DNA of 64,000 nucleotides from an uncultured Bacilli bacterium (GTDB lineage Bacteria > Bacillota_I > Bacilli_A > RF39 > UBA660): assembly GCA_934096105.1 (NCBI GenBank), contig CAKOLH010000001.1:13178-77177 (forward strand), given 5' to 3'. This document shows positions 30,221 through 38,526 of this stretch, one piece after another. The notes beneath the pieces are model-generated. The model made no database searches. It saw nothing but the letters and a program-made list of their open reading frames with translations, and was not told the origin of the DNA. The translations under genes and the position numbers were made by a program. Numbering within the stretch: position 1 is the first letter of the stretch; each line of letters starts with the position of its first letter.

Positions 30221-30775
30221 ATGAATAAGAAATTATTATATAGTTTATTAATAGTATTATTAATAGTAATAGTATCAGTAAGTATTACTTATGCTTGGTT
30301 ATCTTGGTCTGGAGTAGTTAATATATCAGGTACTAGTGAATGTTTTGATGTTAATTATGTTAAAGGACAAGATATAGGTAGTGATAGTAATCCTGCTAAT
30401 TTTAGTTTAGCAAGTACTTATACTGAAGGTTTATCTTCAGTAATTAAAGTTAATTTAAAAGATACTTGTACTATTAGTAATGGTACTGGGACATTATATT
30501 TAAATACTGATAGTACTACAAGTAATATATTACTTACTAGTAATGTATTAAAGTATCAAGTATTAGAAGGTACTAATGAAGTAGCAAGTGGTATAGTAAG
30601 TAGTACAGGTAATTTACCTATATATAATAATATAGAAATAAATAATGAAGTAAAACAGTTAACAGTATATATATGGATAGATGGTAGTTTAGTAAATAAT
30701 GATAATTCTAATGATATATTATCTAGTGTATATAAAGGAAATATAAGTATGAGTATAGAAAGTGGTGATAAGTAA
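30221..30775 (+). CDS. Secreted or anchored protein with a TasA/camelysin-like SipW-type signal motif (paralog 1)
   Basis: N-terminal h-region followed by SITYAWLSWSG (compare TasA GGTWAAF). Conserved ECFDVNY, DTCT..GTGTLYLNTDS, VYIWIDGS. Paralogs at 30775 and 53168. Confidence 0.5.
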   Translation: MNKKLLYSLLIVLLIVIVSVSITYAWLSWSGVVNISGTSECFDVNYVKGQDIGSDSNPANFSLASTYTEGLSSVIKVNLKDTCTISNGTGTLYLNTDSTTSNILLTSNVLKYQVLEGTNEVASGIVSSTGNLPIYNNIEINNEVKQLTVYIWIDGSLVNNDNSNDILSSVYKGNISMSIESGDK

Positions 30776-32538
30776 TGAAAGATAATAGAAATAATAAAGC
30801 AAAGATATATATGATATTTAGTTTAGTAGTATTAGTAATAGTAGTAATAGTAAGTGGTACTTATGCTTATTATGTATGGACTACTTCTGATAGTGATACT
30901 ACAAAAATAGTTGCAGGAATAGGAGTAGCCACAGTTACCTTTGATGGAGGAAGTGATATAAGTGCTAATCTAAGACCAGTATCAGATAAAAGTAAAGGTA
31001 TAGTAAAGAATATAAGTGTTAAAGGAGATACTACAGGATTAGTATTTAATATGTACTTAGATATAACTAGTATAGATACAGGATTAAAAGATGAAAGTTT
31101 TAGATATGAATTATATAAAGGAACTACTAAAGTAAAAGAAGGTAATTTTAGTGATAGTTATTTAACTAGTAATACAGTTACTTGTACTAAAAATAATACT
31201 AATCATATAGTATTATTAACTAATGAAAGTATATCTACATCAAAGACATCATATACATTATATATTTGGATAGACGGTGCTAATTATACTAATCCAAATA
31301 CTATGATGAATAAAACATTTAGTTTTAAATTACATGCTGATGGAGAGGGAGCAGTAATGAAAGGTTATACAGCAGCAGATTATATTACTGATTTATATAC
31401 TGAAGCAGCAAAAGCAACAGTAACAAATAATAGTATTACTTATAATACAGCACCTTCAGTATCACTTATGAATGATAGATTAGGTGGTACAATTTCAATG
31501 AAAGAGGTAAAGGCTTGGGAAACCTCTAATAACCCAACAAATAATCCATTTACTTCAGAAGAAGAATGTTTAAACTATGTTAATACTGTTTATAGAAATA
31601 ATATAAATAATATTACTTGCAGTAGTGATTGGGAAAATAATGGCTTTGAAAGTGAAACTGCTTGTAATGAAGCAAAAACAGAAGAAAAAATAAAAGAAAA
31701 TGTTAAAAACTTTCAACAAAAAATGTGTTTAAATAGTGCTGGTGAGTTTCCAGACGATACTGCAGGTGGTAATATAAGATATTATGGAGCAAGTCCAGAT
31801 AATTATATTTATTTTAATTGTGAGACATACCCAAATACTAATTGTGAACTATGGCGAATAGTAGGAGTATTTAATGGCAAATTGAAAATAGTAAGAAATA
31901 GCAATTTAGACGACAAGTTTTTAATATGGGACTATGATAAAAATAATGATGGAGCCTCAACCGGAAGTGATTTTGATTGGAGTGAGGCTTCACTTCAAAA
32001 ATTATTAAATGAAAAATATTACAATGGGGCTAAATCAGGTACTATAACCTATTACAACGATGACTCTGATACAGTTACTTTAAATATGGCTAATATTGGT
32101 ATTAAAAATGATTTGAATCGTTCTTTTATTTCGGAAGAAAAATGGTATCTTGGTGGAACTGCTTCTGGTGAGTATATTAATGATGTTTATACTCAAGAAA
32201 GAGGTACTATAAAGTGTGATAGTTGTGATTATGATACTATTTGGAATGGTAAAATTGCTATGTTATATGCTAGTGATATTGGTTATAGTTATGACCTCAC
32301 AAACTCTTCCGATAAAACATTGAGTTCTATGTCTTCATCTGATACTTGGATAGAAAATACTTTTGGTTTTTTACTTAATTTTTCAAAAATTGGACCCCCT
32401 TTATATTTAAGTGGTTATGTTCAAACTAACTATTATTTAAGGGCACAAATGGTTTTTCCAGCTCTTTATCTAACTTCTGACATTAGTATAGTAGGAGGTA
32501 CTGGAAAAAGTGATAATCCATATCTAATTAGTAAATAA
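30775..32538 (+). CDS. Large paralog (587 aa): TasA-like signal motif and N-domain plus a Cys-containing C-terminal extension
   Basis: SGTYAYYVWTTSD and LYIWIDGANY. The C-terminal roughly 350 aa has no recognised domain. ATGA-type overlap with the upstream gene. Confidence 0.5.
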   Translation: MKDNRNNKAKIYMIFSLVVLVIVVIVSGTYAYYVWTTSDSDTTKIVAGIGVATVTFDGGSDISANLRPVSDKSKGIVKNISVKGDTTGLVFNMYLDITSIDTGLKDESFRYELYKGTTKVKEGNFSDSYLTSNTVTCTKNNTNHIVLLTNESISTSKTSYTLYIWIDGANYTNPNTMMNKTFSFKLHADGEGAVMKGYTAADYITDLYTEAAKATVTNNSITYNTAPSVSLMNDRLGGTISMKEVKAWETSNNPTNNPFTSEEECLNYVNTVYRNNINNITCSSDWENNGFESETACNEAKTEEKIKENVKNFQQKMCLNSAGEFPDDTAGGNIRYYGASPDNYIYFNCETYPNTNCELWRIVGVFNGKLKIVRNSNLDDKFLIWDYDKNNDGASTGSDFDWSEASLQKLLNEKYYNGAKSGTITYYNDDSDTVTLNMANIGIKNDLNRSFISEEKWYLGGTASGEYINDVYTQERGTIKCDSCDYDTIWNGKIAMLYASDIGYSYDLTNSSDKTLSSMSSSDTWIENTFGFLLNFSKIGPPLYLSGYVQTNYYLRAQMVFPALYLTSDISIVGGTGKSDNPYLISK

Positions 32539-32540
32539 CC

Positions 32541-32650
32541 CCTAAATATATATCTACTGCTTATATATAATAGGTATGTAGATACATTATTCTTAGACTA
32601 AGAATTAGGCTAAGAATAACACTAATAAGACTTAGAATAAGGCTTATAGT
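32541..32650 (+). repeat. Interspersed structured repeat, copy D
   Basis: ctaaatatatatctactgcttatatataataggtatgtagata, then ttattcttag-...-ctaagaataa, then cactaataag-...-cttatagtg. Confidence 0.85.
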
Positions 32651-32677
32651 GAATATAATAAAATAAATAGGAATTAA

Positions 32678-33517
32678 TTACTTAGTTCCTATTTTATTTA
32701 TTCTATAAAAGTTTATTGATGGTTTATTAAATAATCTAAAGTTTATCTTTGATTCTCCTAGTCCACTAGAAATATAGAGGTTGGTATTATTTACTTTATA
32801 ATAATTATTATAGTATTTTTTACTACCTTCAGGTAGAAATAATTTCTTTATATATGGTATATTTATTTGTCCATTATGAGAATGTCCTGCTAGTACTAGG
32901 TTTATATTATCATATTTAGAAGTTATTGTATCTATATAATCTGGTTCATGGACTAGTATTATTTTATAATTTATATCTTCATTATCAGTAAAGTAATTCA
33001 TTACTTTATCTATATCTGGATTATTACTTAGTCCTCCTATGAATAACTTGTTATTATTATTTCCATATATTATATCATAACTATTATCTAATAGAGTAAA
33101 GTTACTACTTATATATATATCTTTAATAGTATCTTCTACTTTAATATCATGTTCTCCTAGTACGGAGTATTTACCATATTTACTTTTAATACTAGTAAGT
33201 AATTCTTTTAAATTACTTATATCTTTATCATTAGGTTTATAGTCTTTATCTATTAAATCTCCGGTAAATACTACAATATCTGGATTTAATAGATTTATTT
33301 CTTCTATTATACTTTGAGTAGTTTCTTTATTTGTTATTCTAAGATAATGTAAATCACTAAAGTGAACTATTTTTAGTCCATCAAAACTATCATCAATAGT
33401 GGTTTCAATTGGGTATTCTTTGGTTATTAATCCTCTTGTACCTCCATATCTAGCATATATTATGAGTAATGATAGTATTAATATTATTATTAATAAGAAT
33501 CTTATTAGCTTTTTCAT
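32678..33517 (-). CDS. Membrane-anchored metallophosphoesterase (YkuE/calcineurin-like)
   Basis: IVHFSDLH, FTGDLID, LGEHD, ILVHEPD, LAGHSHNGQ. Confidence 0.8.
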   Translation of the reverse strand: MKKLIRFLLIIILILSLLIIYARYGGTRGLITKEYPIETTIDDSFDGLKIVHFSDLHYLRITNKETTQSIIEEINLLNPDIVVFTGDLIDKDYKPNDKDISNLKELLTSIKSKYGKYSVLGEHDIKVEDTIKDIYISSNFTLLDNSYDIIYGNNNNKLFIGGLSNNPDIDKVMNYFTDNEDINYKIILVHEPDYIDTITSKYDNINLVLAGHSHNGQINIPYIKKLFLPEGSKKYYNNYYKVNNTNLYISSGLGESKINFRLFNKPSINFYRINKIGTK

Positions 33518-34206
33518 AATGATGCTCCTAGTAAGACTAGTAATGATGCTAGAAGATTATGGATACTATGCATAGTAATTGATGAGAAGATATTATCTGT
33601 CTTATAATATAATAGGGCAAAGGCTATACCTAAGGCTGAATATGGTATTAAATATATGATATCACTAAATGTTTCTATATAACTAGCAACATGTAATGAA
33701 CCAAATATTAGACCACTCATGATAACAAATACCCATTTACTTGGAAATATTTCTTTAAAACTTTTTCTAAATGTTAATTCTTCATTAATTGGAGCACATA
33801 TAGCGGCATCAAATGTCATAAGTAGTGGTAATGTTATTAGATAATTTCTTACTGTTTCTTCATTACCCGCTAATTGTTTATTTAGAACAAAGGTTATGAA
33901 TAGATTACTTATGTACATTACTGCAAGACCTGCTAACCAATATTTAAATGATACTTCAAAGTTATTTTTAAAGTTTTTGAAATAGGATTTTAAATCTTTA
34001 AAGAAATCTTTTCTATATATTGTAATTAATATTATACTTAGTGTTAAACTTGATATGGTATAATAGATTACATAATCTTTACTAGTTATGTTATTTATAT
34101 CTACATTAAATACTATAAATATTACTGATGGCCATAGGAGCATTAATATTAGTACTCCTGTACTTTTTAATATGTTTAATAATTTTTGTTTCATTTTTAT
34201 TATCAC
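33514..34206 (-). CDS. CPBP-family (CAAX) intramembrane glutamic endopeptidase
   Basis: INEELTFRKSF, FGSLH, HSIHN. Confidence 0.8.
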   Translation of the reverse strand: MIIKMKQKLLNILKSTGVLILMLLWPSVIFIVFNVDINNITSKDYVIYYTISSLTLSIILITIYRKDFFKDLKSYFKNFKNNFEVSFKYWLAGLAVMYISNLFITFVLNKQLAGNEETVRNYLITLPLLMTFDAAICAPINEELTFRKSFKEIFPSKWVFVIMSGLIFGSLHVASYIETFSDIIYLIPYSALGIAFALLYYKTDNIFSSITMHSIHNLLASLLVLLGASL

Positions 34207-34300
34207 CTTCTTCTATATTATAACAATTATTTTTGAATTAATCTATATTATGTAGATTTTTTCTCTTTAATTTGATAAAATATATCTACTGGAGGTTATT

Positions 34301-34804
34301 ATGGAATATATTGATAAACAAAGAAAAGATTATTTATCTTGGGATGAATTTTTTATGGGAGTGGCTATTTTGGCTTCTGAAAGAAGCAAGGATCCTAATA
34401 CACAAGTTGGTGCTTGTATAGTAAGTGCGGATAATAGAATATTGTCTGTTGGGTACAATGGTACTCCTAATGGGTATGAAGATAGATTTTTCCCTTGGGA
34501 TAGAGAAGGTGATGAACTTAATACTAAGTATATGTATGTTGTTCACGCTGAGAGAAATGCTATCCTTAATTATAGGGGTAATATAAAGGATTTTGAAAGA
34601 GCTAAGTTATATGTTACTTTGTTTCCCTGCAACGAATGTGCTAAAGAAGTAATACAAGTAGGGATAAAGGATATTATTTATTTGGATGATAAGTATGCAA
34701 GAAGTAATGGAGTAATGGCTGCGAAGAGAATGCTTGATGTATGTGATGTTAATTATTCAAAATTAGAACTTGATAAAAGTAAAATAAAGGTGTTAGAAAA
34801 ATAA
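34301..34804 (+). CDS. dCMP deaminase (second paralog)
   Basis: SWDEFFMGVAILASERSKDPNTQVGACIV, VHAERNAI, PCNECAKEV. Confidence 0.85.
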   Translation: MEYIDKQRKDYLSWDEFFMGVAILASERSKDPNTQVGACIVSADNRILSVGYNGTPNGYEDRFFPWDREGDELNTKYMYVVHAERNAILNYRGNIKDFERAKLYVTLFPCNECAKEVIQVGIKDIIYLDDKYARSNGVMAAKRMLDVCDVNYSKLELDKSKIKVLEK

Positions 34805-34856
34805 GATTCGACATCTTTTTTATTTTTTATTTCATATAATTAAAATGAGGTGAAAA

Positions 34857-35807
34857 ATGAAGAAGGTTTATTTGGGCATTGATATTGGTAGTATATCTAC
34901 TAAAGGAGTTATTATTGATGAAGATAATAAGATACTAGCTAGTTCTTATTTGTATACGGAAGGTAGTCCTATTACTGCGAGTAAAAGGGTAGTTAGAGAA
35001 CTTAAAAGTAAGATTAATCTTAATGAATATAAAGTGGTTGGAGTTGGCACTACAGGATCGGCGAGAAAACTTATTGGAACTATACTTGGGGCTAATGTTA
35101 TTAAGAATGAGATTACTGCTCATGCTATTGGAACAATGAGTATTTATCCTGAGGTTAGAACGATATTTGAAATAGGAGGACAGGATTCTAAAATTATTCT
35201 TATTGATAATGGTATTGTTACTGATTATGCTATGAATACTTTATGTGCTGCTGGTACTGGATCTTTTTTATCTAGTCAGGCTAAGAGACTTGGTATTCCG
35301 ATAGAGGAGTTTGGTAATATTGCCATTACTAGTAAGAAACCGACAAAGATAGCTGCTAGATGTACTGTTTTTGCAGAATCGGATTTGGTTCATAAATCAC
35401 AAATGGGACATAAAAAAGAAGATATAATAGCGGGTCTTTGTTATGCTATTGTTAATAATTATTTGAATAATGTTGGTAAAGGTAAAAAGATAGTGGCTCC
35501 AATTGTATTTCAAGGCGGGGTATCAAAAAATATTGGGGTAGTAAAGGCTTTTGAGGATATTACTGGGGAGAAGATTTATGTAGATAATAATTCCCATTTA
35601 ATGGGTGCTCTAGGAGTGGCTATCCTATCTAAGAAACAGAAGGAAATTGAGTTTTCTTTTGATATTGAAGATGTTATTTATGAGACTAAAGGTACAGAGT
35701 GTAGAGGCTGCTCTAACAACTGTGAAATAATTGAGGTACTAAGGGATAAAAGAATAATAGATGCATGGGGTAATAGGTGCCCTAAAGGAGAACTTGTTCA
35801 CAAATAG
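34857..35807 (+). CDS. BadF/BadG/BcrA/BcrD-type ATPase (CoA-substrate-specific enzyme activase-like)
   Basis: LGIDIGSISTKGVI, FEIGGQDSK, AAGTGSF, C-terminal Cys cluster CRGCSNNC...C. Confidence 0.7.
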   Translation: MKKVYLGIDIGSISTKGVIIDEDNKILASSYLYTEGSPITASKRVVRELKSKINLNEYKVVGVGTTGSARKLIGTILGANVIKNEITAHAIGTMSIYPEVRTIFEIGGQDSKIILIDNGIVTDYAMNTLCAAGTGSFLSSQAKRLGIPIEEFGNIAITSKKPTKIAARCTVFAESDLVHKSQMGHKKEDIIAGLCYAIVNNYLNNVGKGKKIVAPIVFQGGVSKNIGVVKAFEDITGEKIYVDNNSHLMGALGVAILSKKQKEIEFSFDIEDVIYETKGTECRGCSNNCEIIEVLRDKRIIDAWGNRCPKGELVHK

Positions 35808-35843
35808 GTATAGATATCATATTATATATGGGAGGACTTAATT

Positions 35844-36281
35844 ATGTATGGTATTTATAAAATACAAAATGGTGATACTCTGGATAGTTTAGCGAAAAGG
35901 TATGGAGTATCACCTGAGATATTAAAAAACTTAAATCAAAATAGTAACTTTGCAGTAGGGAGTAATATTATTGTTCCTACGATGAATGAGTATTTTGAAA
36001 TTTATACTATTGAAAAGGGAGATAATTTATATAATATTGCAAGAAAATATAATACTGATTATAATTTATTAGCATTACTTAATGGTATTAATGTAGATGA
36101 TTATATTTATCCTAATACGACTATATTAGTACCTAAGAGAGATGTTAAGTATTATATAACTAAGGATAATGATACTTTACTTTTGGTTAATAGATTACTT
36201 GGTGGTAATATTAATAAATTACTTAGTCAAAATAATAATATTTATTTAGAAGAAGGTCAATTGATTGTATATAAAGATTAA
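35844..36281 (+). CDS. LysM-repeat peptidoglycan-binding protein
   Basis: YKIQNGDTLDSLAKRYGVSPEILKNLN and YTIEKGDNLYNIARKYNTDYNLLALLNG. Confidence 0.8.
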   Translation: MYGIYKIQNGDTLDSLAKRYGVSPEILKNLNQNSNFAVGSNIIVPTMNEYFEIYTIEKGDNLYNIARKYNTDYNLLALLNGINVDDYIYPNTTILVPKRDVKYYITKDNDTLLLVNRLLGGNINKLLSQNNNIYLEEGQLIVYKD

Positions 36282-36337
36282 AACTATAAGAAATTATAGT
36301 TTTTATTGTTTAATGGATATAAAAAAATAGTCAATAA

Positions 36338-36365
36338 TTGACTATTACTTAAACTAGCATATAAT
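36338..36365 (+). promoter_or_regulatory. Sigma-A-type promoter of the toxin mRNA, locus 2
   Basis: TTGACT, 16 nt spacer, TATAAT. Confidence 0.55.
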
Positions 36366-36432
36366 GCTGGTTTTAATTAGTACCTATGGATATTTTTTTG
36401 ATTTTCTATTATCAGAAGAAAGGAGTAATGAC

Positions 36433-36477
36433 ATGCTGAAAAAACTATCTGTAAAGAGGGTTAGTAAATGGAATTAG
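36433..36477 (+). CDS. Upstream mini-ORF MLKKLSVKRVSKWN overlapping the toxin start
   Basis: SD aaaggag. Overlaps the toxin SD and ATG out of frame. The N-terminus is conserved in locus 3. Confidence 0.35.
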   Translation: MLKKLSVKRVSKWN

Positions 36478-36545
36478 TTATAGCGTATGCTTTAACTATT
36501 CTTGTTACCATAGCAGTAATAGTGCTAGGTAGCCATAGAAAATAG
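36468..36545 (+). CDS. Candidate type I toxin, 25 aa: MELVIAYALTILVTIAVIVLGSHRK
   Basis: Differs by one residue from the peptide at 15311..15388. Not in the ORF track because of its size. Confidence 0.6.
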   Translation: MELVIAYALTILVTIAVIVLGSHRK

Positions 36546-36548
36546 ATT

Positions 36549-36652
36549 AAAAAAATCAGAGCGCCTCAGTGGGTCGTTCTGATAACTTAAGTTTGAAGAG
36601 AACACCTCGCAAATAGATGTTAGCCATTTTATTATGGCTAATTTCTCCTTCT
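36549..36652 (-). ncRNA. Candidate antitoxin antisense RNA, locus 2
   Basis: Minus-strand promoter TTGCAT, 17 nt spacer, TATAAT (36659-36687). Terminator atcagaacgacccactgaggcgctctgat plus T7, ending next to the toxin stop. Confidence 0.55.
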
Positions 36653-36658
36653 GTATAC

Positions 36659-36687
36659 ATTATATGTTATTTTAATAAAAAATGCAA
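36659..36687 (-). promoter_or_regulatory. Promoter of the locus 2 antisense RNA
   Basis: TTGCAT, 17 nt spacer, TATAAT on the minus strand. Confidence 0.55.
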
Positions 36688-36799
36688 TAGATATGGTTAA
36701 AAATGTATATTATCGTACAAATGTTTTGCACCTTAAAATCTTGTAAAACCTTTGTTTATAAGGCTTTATAAAGATATTAAAAAAATAGTCATATTTTGC

Positions 36800-36829
36800 T
36801 TGACTACGATATTCAAATTAGTATATAAT
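36800..36829 (+). promoter_or_regulatory. Sigma-A-type promoter of the toxin mRNA, locus 3
   Basis: TTGACT, 18 nt spacer, TATAAT. Same leader as locus 1. Confidence 0.6.
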
Positions 36830-36931
36830 GTTGGCGTGGTTAATACTTATGGTGTTCTCTCCAATTTTCTGTTATGGAAGAAAGGGGTGATGATATGCTG
36901 AAAAAACTATCTGTAAAGGGGGTTTTAGTAA

Positions 36932-37006
36932 GTGGAATTAGTTCTTGCTTTTGCATGGACTACTCTAATTGTACTGTTTTTAATAGACAGTTGCAATCGT
37001 AGATAG
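36932..37006 (+). CDS. Candidate type I toxin paralog, 24 aa (GTG start): MELVLAFAWTTLIVLFLIDSCNRR
   Basis: Homologous frame and MELV N-terminus as in loci 1 and 2. SD aaggggg. The GTG start may mean weaker expression or decay. Confidence 0.45.
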   Translation: MELVLAFAWTTLIVLFLIDSCNRR

Positions 37007-37105
37007 AAAAAGGGCACCCAGGGGGTGCTCTATACCAAAATATAGAGAGAAACACCTTACTAAAATAGGTGTTAACCATTTTTATTATGGTTATTTTCTC
37101 TTCAT
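37007..37105 (-). ncRNA. Candidate antitoxin antisense RNA, locus 3
   Basis: Minus-strand promoter TTGATT, 17 nt spacer, TATAAT (37112-37140). Terminator agagcaccccctgggtgccc plus a T run, abutting the toxin stop. Confidence 0.55.
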
Positions 37106-37111
37106 ATATAC

Positions 37112-37140
37112 ATTATATGCTATTTTTAATAAAAAATCAA
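37112..37140 (-). promoter_or_regulatory. Promoter of the locus 3 antisense RNA
   Basis: TTGATT, 17 nt spacer, TATAAT on the minus strand. Confidence 0.55.
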
Positions 37141-37272
37141 TAATATTTACAAATTATAGACTACTTGGAGGCTATAATTTGCCAAGAAAGACTTTGGCTT
37201 TCTTGGAAAGGAAAAGTATTGATATAATTATAGTTTTATTGTATAATTTTATTATGATAGGAGGATTTGAAT

Positions 37273-38355
37273 ATGATACTTAGAAGGCCTTATGCTTTTT
37301 TAATAAAACATTTTAGATTAATACATTTAATATTATTTACTCTACTGGCAATTATTACATATAATGCTAGTACAGTACTTAATTTCTTTAAAGACTATAT
37401 AATCAATAATGGAAATATGGAGATATTATCTTCTAATTATATTAATGTATTTATATATATTGCTCCAATTATTATTATTGGTTTATCTATTTTGATATTT
37501 TATCTTATGAAATATAAAGATAAACCTAGGTTATATTATATTATTTTAATTATAGTTAGTATACTTTGTACGGGAGTATATACTTATTTATATTTAAATA
37601 TTAGGTCTTTAGAAACTACTACTGTTAGTGCTAGAATAATTAGATTATATAGAGATATAGCAAGGTCTAATTTTTATGTATTATTTGTTATGTGTATACC
37701 TACTTTAATAAGAGGACTTGGATTTGATATTAAGAAGTTTAATTTTAGTAAGGATTTAAAAGAATTAAATCTAAGTGAAGAAGATGGTGCTGAAGTAGAA
37801 GTTAGTATTGATGTATCTAGTAATGGTCTAAAGAGAACTGGTAGAAGAACTCTTAGAGAACTTAAGTATTATTATGTAGAAAATAAATTTTTTATTAATA
37901 TAATTCTTGGTACTTTAATACTTATTTTAATTATGGTATTTCCTTTTAATAAATATGTTGTTAATAGAAATTTAAAAGAAGGTGAAGTACTTGGTACTAG
38001 TGCATTTAATATAAAGGTTACTGATAGTTATCTGACTGATAGAAAGAGAATTAGTAAAGATAATAGTTATGTAATACTTAAAGTTAGTGTAATTGGTAAG
38101 GTAAATAAATATTCTTTGGATTTAGACCATTTTGTTTTAGAGGGTAAGAATAATAAATATGTTCCAAGTCAGAAGTTTTATTTATATTTTAATGATATTG
38201 GAACAGGATATAGAAATAATATATTAGATACTACTAGTTATAAAGATTATATTTTAGTATTTAATATAAATAATATTGATAAAGATTCTAACTTTATATT
38301 TAGGTATGTAGATAATGATAGGGGTATTAAATTATCTCCTGAAGTAATTTATTAA
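37273..38355 (+). CDS. Polytopic membrane protein with a C-terminal extracytoplasmic beta-sandwich-like (DUF4352-like) region
   Basis: Five hydrophobic helices, then NIKVTDSYL...YVILKVSVIGK...HFVLEGKNNKY. RBS aggagga, ATG at 37273. Confidence 0.5.
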   Translation: MILRRPYAFLIKHFRLIHLILFTLLAIITYNASTVLNFFKDYIINNGNMEILSSNYINVFIYIAPIIIIGLSILIFYLMKYKDKPRLYYIILIIVSILCTGVYTYLYLNIRSLETTTVSARIIRLYRDIARSNFYVLFVMCIPTLIRGLGFDIKKFNFSKDLKELNLSEEDGAEVEVSIDVSSNGLKRTGRRTLRELKYYYVENKFFINIILGTLILILIMVFPFNKYVVNRNLKEGEVLGTSAFNIKVTDSYLTDRKRISKDNSYVILKVSVIGKVNKYSLDLDHFVLEGKNNKYVPSQKFYLYFNDIGTGYRNNILDTTSYKDYILVFNINNIDKDSNFIFRYVDNDRGIKLSPEVIY

Positions 38356-38366
38356 ATTGGTTTATA

Positions 38367-38398
38367 AAAATATAACTTTTGAGGTTATATTTTTTTTT
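38367..38398 (+). terminator. Rho-independent terminator
   Basis: aaatataac-ttttgagg-ttatatt followed by T9. Confidence 0.6.
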
Positions 38399-38459
38399 GG
38401 CTATAAATAATCTATTTTGGTTATAAATTAATAATTTTTGGTAATAATTGAATAATTTT
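38395..38459 (+). promoter_or_regulatory. Three tandem direct repeats spaced 20-21 bp apart, upstream of the bacteriocin-export operon
   Basis: TTTTGGCTATAAATAAT / TTTTGGTTATAAATTAAT / TTTTGGTAATAATTGAAT, starting at about 38395, 38415 and 38436. Confidence 0.5.
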
Positions 38460-38526
38460 AAAGAAATTTTCAAAATTATGGCAAAATCGTATATTAATTC
38501 TTGTATATAAGTATGAAGGGAGTAAA

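Noticed and set aside
34807-34813. Additional TTCGACA (0A-box-like) heptamers at 34807-34813 and 59765-59771, upstream of genes
   Set aside because: From base composition, a 7-mer like this is expected to occur a few times by chance in 64 kb on both strands. Only the one that abuts the -10 hexamer upstream of spo0A was kept, as a low-confidence feature.
36895-37002. 35-codon ORF (MLKKLSVKGVLVSGISSCFCMDYSNCTVFNRQLQS) in TA locus 3
   Set aside because: Only its first 8 codons are conserved with the locus 2 mini-ORF. The conserved frame across all three loci is the hydrophobic MELV... frame. This ORF is treated as an extended leader ORF, not a separate gene.
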